A stretch of DNA of 64,000 nucleotides from Auanema rhodensis (Eukaryota; Animalia; Nematoda): NCBI GenBank assembly GCA_964057225.1, contig OZ059894.1, forward strand, positions 23,374,001 through 23,438,000, read 5' to 3'. Numbering within the stretch: position 1 is the first letter of the stretch; every line of letters starts with the position of its first letter. Under the pieces are notes generated by a model that worked only from the letters and a program-made list of their open reading frames with translations, had not been told where the DNA came from and ran no database searches. Both the position numbers and the translations under genes were made by a program. Below are positions 25,697 to 39,424 of the stretch, piece after piece.

Positions 25697-28600
25697 ATAT
25701 TAGTTTAAAAACAAATTTTTATTGATATTGGTTGATGGTAACCATGTCTTTGAAATTTACGTGAACTTTAATTTATGCTAATTAAATGTACACGTGATGT
25801 GCACTTGGTATGTAACTCGCTTCACGTGAAAGATAAAGAGATGCGGTTTTCAAAATTAGATTCCCCATGTCCATATTAGTTTAAAAACAAATTTTTATTG
25901 ATATTGGTGCATGGTAACCATGACTTTGAAATTTACGTGAACTTTAATTTATGCTAATTAAATGTACACGTGATGTGCACTTGGTATGTAACTCGCTTCA
26001 CGTGAAAGATAAAGAGATGCGGTTTTCAAAATTAGATTCCCCATGTTCATATTAGTCTAAAAACAAATTTTTATTGATATTGGTTCATGGTAACCATGAC
26101 TTTGAAATTTACGTGAACTTTAATTTATGCTAATTAAATGTACACGTGATGTGCACTTGGTATGTAACTCGCTTCACGTGAAAGATAAAGAGATGCGGTT
26201 TTCAAAATTAGATTCCCCATGTCCATATGAGTCTAAAAACAAATTTTTATTGATATTGGTGCATGGTAACCATGACTTTGAAATTTACGTGAACTTTAAT
26301 TTATGCTAATTAAATGTACACGTGATGTGCACTTGGTATGTAACTCGCTTCACGTGAAAGATAAAGAGATGCGGTTTTCAAAATTAGATTTCCCATGTCC
26401 ATATTAGTCTAAAAACAAATTTTTATTGATATTGGTTCATGGTAACCATGACTTTGAAATTTACGTGAACTTTAATTTATGCTAATTAAATGTACACGTG
26501 ATGTGCACTTGGTATGTAACTCGCTTCACGTGAAAGATAAAGAGATGCGGTTTTCAAAATTAGATTCCCCATGTCCATATTAGTTTAAAAACAAATTTTC
26601 ATTGATATTGGTTGATGGTAACCATGTCTTTGAAATTTACGTGAACTTTAATTTATGCTAATTAAATGTACACGTGATGTGCACTTGGTATGTAACTCGC
26701 TTCACGTGAAAGATAAAGAGATGCGATTTTCAAAATTAGATTCCCCATGTCCATATTAGTCTAAAAACAAATTTTTATTGATATTGGTGCATGGTAACCA
26801 TGACTTTGAAATTTACGTGAACTTTAATTTATGCTAATTAAATGTACACGGGATGTGCACTTGGTATGTAACTCGCTTCACGTGAAAGATAAAGAGATGC
26901 GGTTTTCAAAATTAGATTCCCCATGTCCATATTAGTCTAAAAACAAATTTTTATTGATATTGGTTCATGGTAACCATGACTTTGAAATTTACGTGAACTT
27001 TAATTTATGCTAATTAAATGTACACGTGATGTGCACTTGGTATGTAACTCGCTTCACGTGAAAGATAAAGAGATGCGGTTTTCAAAATTAGATTCCCCAT
27101 GTCCATATTAGTTCAAAAACAAATTTTTATTGATATTGGTGCATGGTAACCATGACTTTGAAATTTACGTGATTTTTGATTTATGCTAATTAAATGTACA
27201 CGTGATGTGCACTTGGTATGTAACTCGCTTCACGTGAAAGATAAAGAGATGCGGTTTTCAAAATTAGATTCCTCATGTCCATATTAGTTTAAAAACAAAT
27301 TTTTATTGATATTGGTTGATGGTAACCATGTCTTTGAAATTTACGTGAACTTTAATTTATGCTAATTAAATGTACACGTGATGTGCACTTGGTATGTAAC
27401 TCGCTTCACGTGAAAGATAAAGAGATGCGGTTTTCAAAATTAGATTCCCCATGTCCATATTAGTCTAAAAACAAATTTTTATTGATATTGGTTCATGGTA
27501 ACCATGTCTTTGAAATTTACGTGAACTTTAATTTATGCTAATTAAATGTACACGTGATGTGCACTTGGTATGTAACTCGCTTCACGTGAAAGATAAAGAG
27601 ATGCGGTTTTCAAAATTAGATTCCCCATGTCCATATTGGTCTAAAAACAAATTTTTATTGATATTGGTTCATGGTAACCATGACTTTGAAATTTAAGTGA
27701 ACTTTAATTTATGCTATTTAAATGTACACGTGATGTGCACTTGGTATGTAACTCGCTTCACGTGAAAGATAAAGAGATGCGGTTTTCAAAATTAGATTCC
27801 CCATGTCCATATTAGTCTAAAAACAAATTTTTATTGATATTGGTTCATGGTAACCATGACTTTGAAATTTACGTGAACTTTAATTTATGCTAATTAAATG
27901 TACACGTGATGTGCACTTGGTATGTAACTCGCTTCACGTGAAAGATAAAGAGATGCGGTTTTCAAAATTAGATTCCCCATGTCCATATTAGTTTAAAAAC
28001 AAATTTTTATTGATATTGGTGCATGGTAACCATGACTTTGAAATTTACGTGAACTTTAATTTATGCTAATTAAATGTACACGTGATGTGCACTTGGTATG
28101 TAACTCGCTTCACGTGAAAGATAAAGAGATGCGGTTTTCAAAATTAGATTCCCCATGTTCATATTAGTCTAAAAACAAATTTTCATTGATATTGGTTCAT
28201 GGTAACCATGACTTTGAAATTTACGTGAACTTTAATTTATGCTAATTAAATGTACACGTGATGTGCACTTGGTATGTAACTCGCTTCACGTGAAAGATAA
28301 AGAGATGCGGTTTTCAAAATTAGATTCCCCATGTCCATATTAGTCTAAAAACAAATTTTTATTGATATTGGTGCATGGTAACCATGACTTTGAAATTTAC
28401 GTGAACTTTAATTTATGCTAATTAAATGTACACGTGATGTGCACTTGGTATGTAACTCGCTTCACGTGAAAGATAAAGAGATGCGGTTTTCAAAATTAGA
28501 TTTCCCATGTCCATATTAGTCTAAAAACAAATTTTTATTGATATTGGTTCATGGTAACCATGACTTTGAAATTTACGTGAACTTTAATTTATGCTAATTA

Positions 28601-31600
28601 AATGTACACGTGATGTGCACTTGGTATGTAACTCGCTTCACGTGAAAGATAAAGAGATGCGGTTTTCAAAATTAGATTCCCCATGTCCATATTAGTTTAA
28701 AAACAAATTTTTATTGATATTGGTTGATGGTAACCATGTCTTTGAAATTTACGTGAACTTTAATTTATGCTAATTAAATGTACACGTGATGTGCACTTGG
28801 TATGTAACTCGCTTCACGTGAAAGATAAAGAGATGCGGTTTTCAAAATTAGATTCCCCATGTCCATATTAGTTTAAAAACAAATTTTTATTGATATTGGT
28901 GCATGGTAACCATGACTTTGAAATTTACGTGAACTTTAATTTATGCTAATTAAATGTACACGTGATGTGCACTTGGTATGTAACTCGCTTCACGTGAAAG
29001 ATAAAGAGATGCGGTTTTCAAAATTAGATTCCCCATGTTCATATTAGTCTAAAAACAAATTTTTATTGATATTGGTTCATGGTAACCATGACTTTGAAAT
29101 TTACGTGAACTTTAATTTATGCTAATTAAATGTACACGTGATGTGCACTTGGTATGTAACTCGCTTCACGTGAAAGATAAAGAGATGCGGTTTTCAAAAT
29201 TAGATTCCCCATGTCCATATTAGTCTAAAAACAAATTTTTATTGATATTGGTGCATGGTAACCATGACTTTGAAATTTACGTGAACTTTAATTTATGCTA
29301 ATTAAATGTACACGTGATGTGCACTTGGTATGTAACTCGCTTCACGTGAAAGATAAAGAGATGCGGTTTTCAAAATTAGATTTCCCATGTCCATATTAGT
29401 CTAAAAACAAATTTTTATTGATATTGGTTCATGGTAACCATGACTTTGAAATTTACGTGAACTTTAATTTATGCTAATTAAATGTACACGTGATGTGCAC
29501 TTGGTATGTAACTCGCTTCACGTGAAAGATAAAGAGATGCGGTTTTCAAAATTAGATTCCCCATGTCCATATTAGTTTAAAAACAAATTTTTATTGATAT
29601 TGGTTGATGGTAACCATGTCTTTGAAATTTACGTGAACTTTAATTTATGCTAATTAAATGTACACGTGATGTGCACTTGGTATGTAACTCGCTTCACGTG
29701 AAAGATAAAGAGATGCGGTTTTCAAAATTAGATTCCCCATGTCCATATTAGTCTAAAAACAAATTTTTATTGATATTGGTGCATGGTAACCATGACTTTG
29801 AAATTTACGTGAACTTTAATTTATGCTAATTAAATGTACACGTGATGTGCACTTGGTATGTAACTCGCTTCACGTGAAAGATAAAGAGATGCGGTTTTCA
29901 AAATTAGATTCCCCATGTCCATATTAGTTCAAAAACAAATTTTTATTGATATTGGTGCATGGTAACCATGACTTTGAAATTTACGTGATTTTTGATTTAT
30001 GCTAATTAAATGTACACGTGATGTGCACTTGGTATGTAACTCGCTTCACGTGAAAGATAAAGAGATGCGGTTTTCAAAATTAGATTCCCCATGTCCATAT
30101 TAGTCTAAAAACAAATTTTTATTGATATTGGTTCATGGTAACCATGACTTTGAAATTTAAGTGAACTTTAATTTATGCTAATTAAATGTACACGTGATGT
30201 GCACTTGGTATGTAACTCGCTTCACGTAAAAGATAAAGAGATGCGGTTTTCAAAATTAGATTCCCCATGTCCATATTAGTCTAAAAACAAATTTTTATTG
30301 ATATTGGTGCATGGTAACCATGACTTTGAAATTTACGTGAACTTTAATTTATGCTAATTAAATGTACACGTGATGTGCACTTGGTATGTAACTCGCTTCA
30401 CGTGACAGATAAAGAGATGCGGTTTTCAAAATTAGATTCCCCATGTCCATATTAGTCTAAAAACAAATTTTTATTGATATTGGTGCATGGTAACCATGAC
30501 TTTGAAATTTACGTGAACTTCAATTTATGCTAATTAAATGTACACGTGATGTGCACTTGGTATGTAACTCGCTTCACGTGAAAGATAAAGAGATGCGGTT
30601 TTCAAAATTAGATTCCCCATGTCCATATTAGTCTAAAAACAAATTTTTATTGATATTGGTTCATGGTAACCATGACTTTGAAACTTACGTGAACTTTAAT
30701 TTATGCTAATTAAATGTACACGTGATGTGCACTTGGTATGTAACTCGCTTCACGTGAAAGATAAAGAGATGCGGTTTTCAAAATTAGATTCCCCATGTCC
30801 ATATTAGTCTAAAAACAAATTTTTATTGATATTGGTGCATCGTAACCATGACTTTGAAATTTACGTGAACTTTAATTTATGCTAATTAAATGTACACGTG
30901 ATGTGCACTTGGTATGTAACTCGCTTCACGTGAAAGATGAAGAGATGCGGTTTTCAAAATTAGATTCCCCATGTCCATATTAGTCTAAAAACAAATTTTT
31001 ATTGATATTGGTTCATGGTAACCATGACTTTGAAATTTACGTGAACTTTAATTTATGCTAATTAAATGTACACGTGATGTGCACTTGGTATGTAACTCGC
31101 TTCACGTGAAAGACAAAGAGATGCGGTTTTCAAAATTAGATTCCCCATGTCCATATTAGTCTAAAAACAAATTTTTATTGATATTGGTTCATGGTAACCA
31201 TGACTTTGAAATTTACGTGAACTTTAATTTATGCTAATTAAATGTACACGTGATGTGCACTTGGTATGTAACTCGCTTCACGTGAAAGATAAAGAGATGC
31301 GGTTTTCAAAATTAGACTCCTCATGTCCATATTAGTTTAAAAACAAATTTTTATTGATATTGGTGCATGGTAACCATGACTTTGAAATTTACGTGAACTT
31401 TAATTTATGCTAATTAAATGTACACGTGATGTGCACTTGGTATGTAACTCGCTTCACGTGAAAGATAAAGAGATGCGGTTTTCAAAATTAGATTCCCCAT
31501 GTTCATATTAGTCTAAAAACAAATTTTTATTGATATTGGTGCATGGTAACCATGACTCTGAAATTTACGTGAACTTTAATTTATGCTAATTAAATGTACA

Positions 31601-34600
31601 CGTGATGTTCACTGGGTATGTAACTCGCTTCACGTGAAAGATAAAGAGATGCGGTTTTCAAAATTAGATTCCCCATGTCCATATTAGTCTAAAAACAAAT
31701 TTTTATTGATATTGGTTCATGGTAACCATGTCTTTGAAATTTACGTGAACTTTAATTTATGCTAATTAAATGTACACGTGATGTGCACTTGGTATGTAAC
31801 TCGCTTCACGTGAAAGATAAAGAGATGCGGTTTTCAAAATTAGATTCCCCATGTCCATATTAGTCTAAAAACAAATTTTTATTGATATTGGTGCATGGTA
31901 ACCATGACTTTGAAATTTACGTGAACTTTAATTTATGCTAATTAAATGTACACGTGATGTGCACTTGGTATGTAACTCGCTTCACGTGAAAGATAAAGAG
32001 ATGCGGTTTTCAAAATTAGATTCCCCATGTCCATATTAGTCTAAAAACAAATTTTTATTGATATTGGTGCATGGTAACCATGACTTTGGAATTTACGTGA
32101 ACTTTAATTTATGCTAATTAAATGTACACGTGATGTGCACTTGGTATGTAACTCGCTTCACGTGAAAGATAAAGAGATGCGGTTTTCAAAATTAGATTCC
32201 CCATGTCCATATTAGTCTAAAAACAAATTTTTATTGATATTGGTTCATGGTAACCATGACTTTGAAATTTACGTGAACTTTAATTTATGCTAATTAAATG
32301 TACACGTGATGTGCACTTGGTATGTAACTCGCTTCACGTGAAAGATAAAGAGATGCGGTTTTCAAAATTAGATTCCCCATGTCCATCTTAGTCTAAAAAC
32401 GAATTTTTATTGATATTGGTGCATGGTAATCATGACTTTGAAATTTACGTGAACTTTAGTTTATGCTAATTAAATGTACACGTGATGTGCACTTGGTATG
32501 TAACTCGCTTCACGTGAAAGATAAAGAGATGCGGTTTCCAAGATTAGATACCCCATGTCCATATTAGTCTAAAAACAAATTTTTATTGATATTGGTTCAT
32601 GGTAACCATGACTTTGAAATTTACGTGAACTTTAATTTATGCTAATTAAATGTACACGTGATGTGCACTTGGTATGTAACTCGCTTCACGTGAAAGATAA
32701 AGAGATGCGGTTTTCAAAATTAGATTCCCCATGTCCATATTAGTCTAAAAACAAATTTTTATTGATATTGGTTCATGGTAACCATGACTTTGAAATTTAC
32801 GTGAACTTTAATTTATGCTAATTAAATGTACACGTGATGTGCACTTGGTATGTAACTCGCTTCACGTGAAAGATAAAGAGATGCGGTTTTCAAAATTAGA
32901 TTCCCCATGTCCATCTTAGTCTAAAAACGAATTTTTATTGATATTGGTGCATGGTAATCATGACTTTGAAATTTACGTGAACTTTAGTTTATGCTAATTA
33001 AATGTACACGTGATGTGCACTTGGTATGTAACTCGCTTCACGTGAAAGATAAAGAGATGCGGTTTCCAAGATTAGATACCCCATGTCCATATTAGTCTAA
33101 AAACAAATTTTTATTGATATTGGTTCATGGTAACCATGACTTTGAAATTTACGTGAACTTTAATTTATGCTAATTAAATGTACACGTGATGTGCACTTGG
33201 TATGTAACTCGCTTCACGTGAAAGATAAAGAGATGCGGTTTTCACAATTAGATTCCCCATGTCCATATTAGTTTAAAAACAAATTTTTATTGATATTGGT
33301 GCATGGTAACCATGACTTTGAAATTTACGTGAACTTTAATTTATGCTAATTAAATGTACACGTGATGTGCACTTGGTATGTAACTCGCTTCACGTGAAAG
33401 ATAAAAAGATGCGGTTTTCAAAATTAGATTCCCCATGTCCATATTAGTCTAAAAACAAATTTTTATTGATATTGGTTCATGGTAACCATGTCTTTGAAAT
33501 TTACGTGAACTTTAATTTATGCTAATTAAATGTACACGTGATGTGCACTTGGTATGTAACTCGCTTTACGTGAAAGATAAAGAGATGCGGTTTTCAAAAT
33601 TAGATTCCCCATGTCCATATTAGTCTAAAAACAAATTTTTATTGATATTGGTTCATGGTAACCATGTCTTTGAAATTTACGTGAACTTTAATTTATGCTA
33701 AGTAAATGTACACGTGATGTGCACTTGGTATGTAACTCGCTTCACGTGAAAGATAAAGAGATGCGGTTTTCAAAATTAGATTTCCCATGTCCATATTAGT
33801 CTAAAAACAAATTTTTATTGATATTGGTGCATGGTAACCATGACTTTGAAATTTACGTGAACTTTAATTTATGCTAATTAAATGTACACGTGATGTGCAC
33901 TTGGTATGTAACTCGCTTCACGTGAAAGATAAAGAGATGCGGTTTTCAAAATTAGATTCCCCATGTCCATATTAGTCTAAAAACAAATTTTTATTGATAT
34001 TGGTTCATGGTAACCATGACTTTGAAATTTACGTGAACTTTAATTTATGCTAATTAAATGTACACGTGATGTGCACTTGGTATGTAACTCGCTTCAAGTG
34101 AAAGATAAAGAGATGCGGTTTTCAACATTAGATTCCCCATGTCCATATTAGTCTAAAAACGAATTTTTATTGATATTGGTGCATGGTAACCATGACTTTG
34201 AAATTTACGTGAACTTTAGTTTATGCTAATTAAATGTACACGTGATGTGCACTTGGTATGTAACTCGCTTCACGTGAAAAATAAAGAGATGCGGTTTTCA
34301 AAATTAGATTCCCCATGTCCATTTTAGTCTAAAAACGAATTTTTATTGATATTGGTTCATGGTAACCATGACTTTGAAATTTACGTGAACTTTAATTTAT
34401 GCTAATTGAATGTACACGTGATGTGCACTTGGTATGTAACTCGCTTCACGTGAAAGATAAAGAGATGCGGTTTTCAAAATTAGATTCCCCATGTCCATAT
34501 TAGTCTAAAAACAAATTTTTATTGATATTGGTGCATGGTAACCATGACTTTGAAATTTACGTGAACTTTAATTTATGCTAATTAAATGTACACGTGATGT

Positions 34601-35552
34601 GCACTTGGTATGTAACTCGCTTCACGTGAAAGATAAAGAGATGCGGTTTTCAAAATTAGATTCCCCATGTCCATATTAGTCTAAAAACAAATTTTTATTG
34701 ATATTGGTTCATGGTAACCATGTCTTTGAAATTTACGTGAACTTTAATTTATGCTAATTAAATGTACACGTGATGTGCACTTGGTATGTAACTCGCTTCA
34801 CGTGAAAGATAAAGAGATGCGGTTTTCAAAATTAGATTCCCCATGTCCATATTAGTTTAAAAACAAATTTTTATTGATATTGGTTCATGGTAACCATGAC
34901 TTTGAAATTTACGTGAACTTTAATTTATGCTAATTAAATGTACACGTGATGTGCACTTGGTATGTAACTCGCTTCACGTGAAAGATAAAGAGATGCGGTT
35001 TTCAAAATTAGATTCCCCATGTCCATATTAGTTTAAAAACAAATTTTTATTGATATTGGTGCATGGTAACCATGACTTTGGAATTTACGTGAACTTTAAT
35101 TTATGCTAATTAAATGTACACGTGATGTGCACTTGGTATGTAACTCGCTTCACGTGAAAGATAAAGAGATGCGGTTTTCAAAATTAGATTCCCCATGTCC
35201 ATATTAGTCTAAAAACAAATTTTTATTGAAATTGGTTCATGGTAACCATGTCTTTGAAATTTACGTGAACTTTAATTTATGCTAATTAAATGTACACGTG
35301 ATGTGCACTTGGTATGTAATTCGCTTCACGTGAAAGATAAAGAGATGCGGTTTTCAAAATTAGATTCCCAATGTCCATATTAGTCTAAAAACAAATTTTT
35401 ATTGATATTGGTTCATGGTAACCATGACTTTGAAATTTACGTGAACTTTAATTTATGCTAATTAAATGTACACGTGATGTGCACTTGGTATGTAACTCGC
35501 TTCACGTGAAAGATAAAGAGATGCGGTTTTCAAAATTAGATTCCCCATGTCC
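25521..35552. repeat. Long-range second copy of the ~5.3-19.2 kb region (offsets 113, 110 and finally 93 monomers)
   Basis: T5G, TTTCA+GCGATT, CGGGA, GTGATTTTTGAT and A6G markers recur in order at +19888 (6689/26577), then +19360 (10561/29921), then +16368 (17953/34321). Confidence 0.88.
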
Positions 35553-36608
35553 ATATTAGTCTAAAAACAAATTTTTATTGATATTGGTTCATGGTAACCA
35601 TGACTTTGAAATTTACGTGAACTTTAATTTATGCTAATTAAATGTACACGTGATGTGCACTTGGTATGTAACTCGCTTCACGTGAAAGATAAAGAGATGC
35701 GGTTTTCAAAATTAGATTCCCCATGTCCATATTAGTCTAAAAACAAATTATTATTGAAATTGGTTCATGGTAACCATGTCTTTGAAATTTACGTGAACTT
35801 TAATTTATGCTAATTAAATGTACACGTGATGTGCACTTGGTATGTAATTCGCTTCACGTGAAAGATAAAGAGATGCGGTTTTCAAAATTAGATTCCCAAT
35901 GTCCATATTAGTCTAAAAACAAATTTTTATTGATATTGGTTCATGGTAACCATGACTTTGAAATTTACGTGAACTTTAATTTATGCTAATTAAATGTACA
36001 CGTGATGTGCACTTGGTATGTAACTCGCTTCACGTGAAAGATAAAGAGATGCGGTTTTCAAAATTAGATTCCCCATGTCCATATTAGTCTAAAAACAAAT
36101 TTTTATTGATATTGGTTCATGGTAACCATGACTTTGAAATTTACGTGAACTTTAATTTATGCTAATTAAATGTACACGTGATGTGCACTTGGTATGTAAC
36201 TCGCTTCACGTGAAAGATAAAGAGATGCGGTTTTCAAAATTAGATTCCCCATGTCCATATTAATCTAAAAACAAATTTTTATTGATATTGGTGCATGATA
36301 ACCATGACTTTGAAATTTACGTGAACTTTAATTTATGCTAATTAAATGTACACGTGATGTGCACTCGGTATGTAACTCGCTTCACATGAAAGATAAAGAG
36401 ATGCGGTTTTCAAAATTAGATTCCCCATGTCCATATTAGTCTAAAAACAAATTTTTATTGATATTGGTTCATGGTAACCATGACTTTGAAATTTACGTGA
36501 ACTTTAATTTATGCTAATTAAATGTACACGTGATGTGCACTTGGTATGTAACTCGCTTCACGTGAAAGATAAAGAGATGCGGTTTTCAAAATTAGATTCC
36601 CCATGTCC

Positions 36609-39424
36609 ATATTAATCTAAAAACAAATTTTTATTGATATTGGTGCATGGTAACCATGACTTTGAAATTTACGTGAACTTTAATTTATGCTAATTAAATG
36701 TACACGTGATGTGCACTTTGTATGTAACTCGCTTCACGTGAAAGATAAAGAGATGCGGTTTTCAAAATTAGATTGCCCATGTCCATATTAGTCTAAAAAC
36801 AAATTTTTATCGATATTGGTTCATGGTAACCATGACTTTGAAATTTACGTGAACTTTAATTTATGCTAATTAAATGTACACGTGATGTGCACTTGGTATG
36901 TAACTCGCTTCACGTGAAAGATAAAGAGATGCGGTTTTCAAAATTAGATTCCCCATGTCCATATTAGTCTAAAAACAAATTTTTATTGATATTGGTTCAT
37001 GGTAACCATGACTTTGAAATTTACGTGAACTTTAATTTATGCTAATTAAATGTACACGTGATGTGCACTTGGTATGTAACTCGCTTCACGTGACAGATAA
37101 AGAGATGCGGTTTTCAAAATTAGATTCCCCATGTCCATATTAGTCTAAAAACAAATTTTTATTGAAATTGGTTCATGGTAACCATGTCTTTGAAATTTAC
37201 GTGAACTTTAATTTATGCTAATTAAATGTACACGTGATGTGCACTTGGTATGTAATTCGCTTCACGTGAAAGATAAAGAGATGCGGTTTTCAAAATTAGA
37301 TTCCCAATGTCCATATTAGTCTAAAAACAAATTTTTATTGATATTGGTTCATGGTAACCATGACTTTGAAATTTACGTGAACTTTAATTTATGCTAATTA
37401 AATGTACACGTGATGTGCACTTGGTATGTAACTCGCTTCACGTGAAAGATAAAGAGATGCGGTTTTCAAAATTAGATTCCCCATGTCCATATTAATCTAA
37501 AAACAAATTTTTATTGATATTGGTTCATGGTAACCATGACTTTGAAATTTACGTGAACTTTAATTTATGCTAATTAAATGTACACGTGATGTGCACTTGG
37601 TATGTAACTCGCTTCACGTGAAAGATAAAGAGATGCGGTTTTCAAAATTAGATTCCCCATGTCCATATTAGTCTAAAAACAAATTTTTATTGATATTGGT
37701 TCATGGTAACCATGTCTTTGAAATTTACGTGAACTTTAATTTATGCTAATTAAATGTACACGTGATGTGCACTTTGTATGTAACTCGCTTCACGTGAAAG
37801 ATAAAGAGATGCGGTTTTCAAAATTAGATTGCCCATGTCCATATTAGTCTAAAAACAAATTTTTATCGATATTGGTTCATGGTAACCATGACTTTGAAAT
37901 TTACGTGAACTTTAATTTATGCTAATTAAATGTACACGTGATGTGCACTTGGTATGTAACTCGCTTCACGTGAAAGATAAAGAGATGCGGTTTTCAAAAT
38001 TAGATTCCCCATGTCCATATTAGTCTAAAAACAAATTTTTATTGATATTGGTTCATGGTAACCATGACTTTGAAATTTACGTGAACTTTAATTTATGCTA
38101 ATTAAATGTACACGTGATGTGCACTTGGTATGTAACTCGCTTCACGTGACAGATAAAGAGATGCGGTTTTCAAAATTAGATTCCCCATGTCCATATTAGT
38201 CTAAAAACAAATTTTTATTGAAATTGGTTCATGGTAACCATGTCTTTGAAATTTACGTGAACTTTAATTTATGCTAATTAAATGTACACGTGATGTGCAC
38301 TTGGTATGTAATTCGCTTCACGTGAAAGATAAAGAGATGCGGTTTTCAAAATTAGATTCCCAATGTCCATATTAGTCTAAAAACAAATTTTTATTGATAT
38401 TGGTTCATGGTAACCATGACTTTGAAATTTACGTGAACTTTAATTTATGCTAATTAAATGTACACGTGATGTGCACTTGGTATGTAACTCGCTTCACGTG
38501 AAAGATAAAGAGATGCGGTTTTCAAAATTAGATTCCCCATGTCCATATTAATCTAAAAACAAATTTTTATTGATATTGGTTCATGGTAACCATGACTTTG
38601 AAATTTACGTGAACTTTAATTTATGCTAATTAAATGTACACGTGATGTGCACTTGGTATGTAACTCGCTTCACGTGAAAGATAAAGAGATGCGGTTTTCA
38701 AAATTAGATTCCCCATGTCCATATTAGTCTAAAAACAAATTTTTATTGATATTGGTTCATGGTAACCATGTCTTTGAAATTTACGTGAACTTTAATTTAT
38801 GCTAATTAAATGTACACGTGATGTGCACTTTGTATGTAACTCGCTTCACGTGAAAGATAAAGAGATGCGGTTTTCAAAATTAGATTGCCCATGTCCATAT
38901 TAGTCTAAAAACAAATTTTTATCGATATTGGTTCATGGTAACCATGACTTTGAAATTTACGTGAACTTTAATTTATGCTAATTAAATGTACACGTGATGT
39001 GCACTTGGTATGTAACTCGCTTCACGTGAAAGATAAAGAGATGCGGTTTTCAAAATTAGATTCCCCATGTCCATATTAGTCTAAAAACAAATTTTTATTG
39101 ATATTGGTTCATGGTAACCATGACTTTGAAATTTACGTGAACTTTAATTTATGCTAATTAAATGTACACGTGATGTGCACTTGGTATGTAACTCGCTTCA
39201 CGTGACAGATAAAGAGATGCGGTTTTCAAAATTAGATTCCCCATGTCCATATTAGTCTAAAAACAAATTTTTATTGAAATTGGTTCATGGTAACCATGTC
39301 TTTGAAATTTACGTGAACTTTAATTTATGCTAATTAAATGTACACGTGATGTGCACTTGGTATGTAATTCGCTTCACGTGAAAGATAAAGAGATGCGATT
39401 TTCAAAATTAGATTCCCAATGTCC
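36609..39424. repeat. 6-monomer higher-order repeat (1056 bp), ~2.7 units; also at ~43473-45232
   Basis: C167G (ATTGCCC) at 36775, 37831, 38887, with co-periodic CTTTG, ATCGA, GACAG, GAAAT/TAATT/CCAAT and TTAAT markers. Confidence 0.88.

Noticed and set aside
2895-26309. Six 60-aa ORFs (MLIKCTRDVHLV...) at 2895, 5711, 5887, 6063, 6239, 26127
   Set aside because: They are the satellite read through where SNPs remove the consensus TAG (TGG at 2998; GAG at 5813-6341 and 26229). The stop is intact in nearly all monomers, 176 is not a multiple of 3, and no protein family is recognisable.
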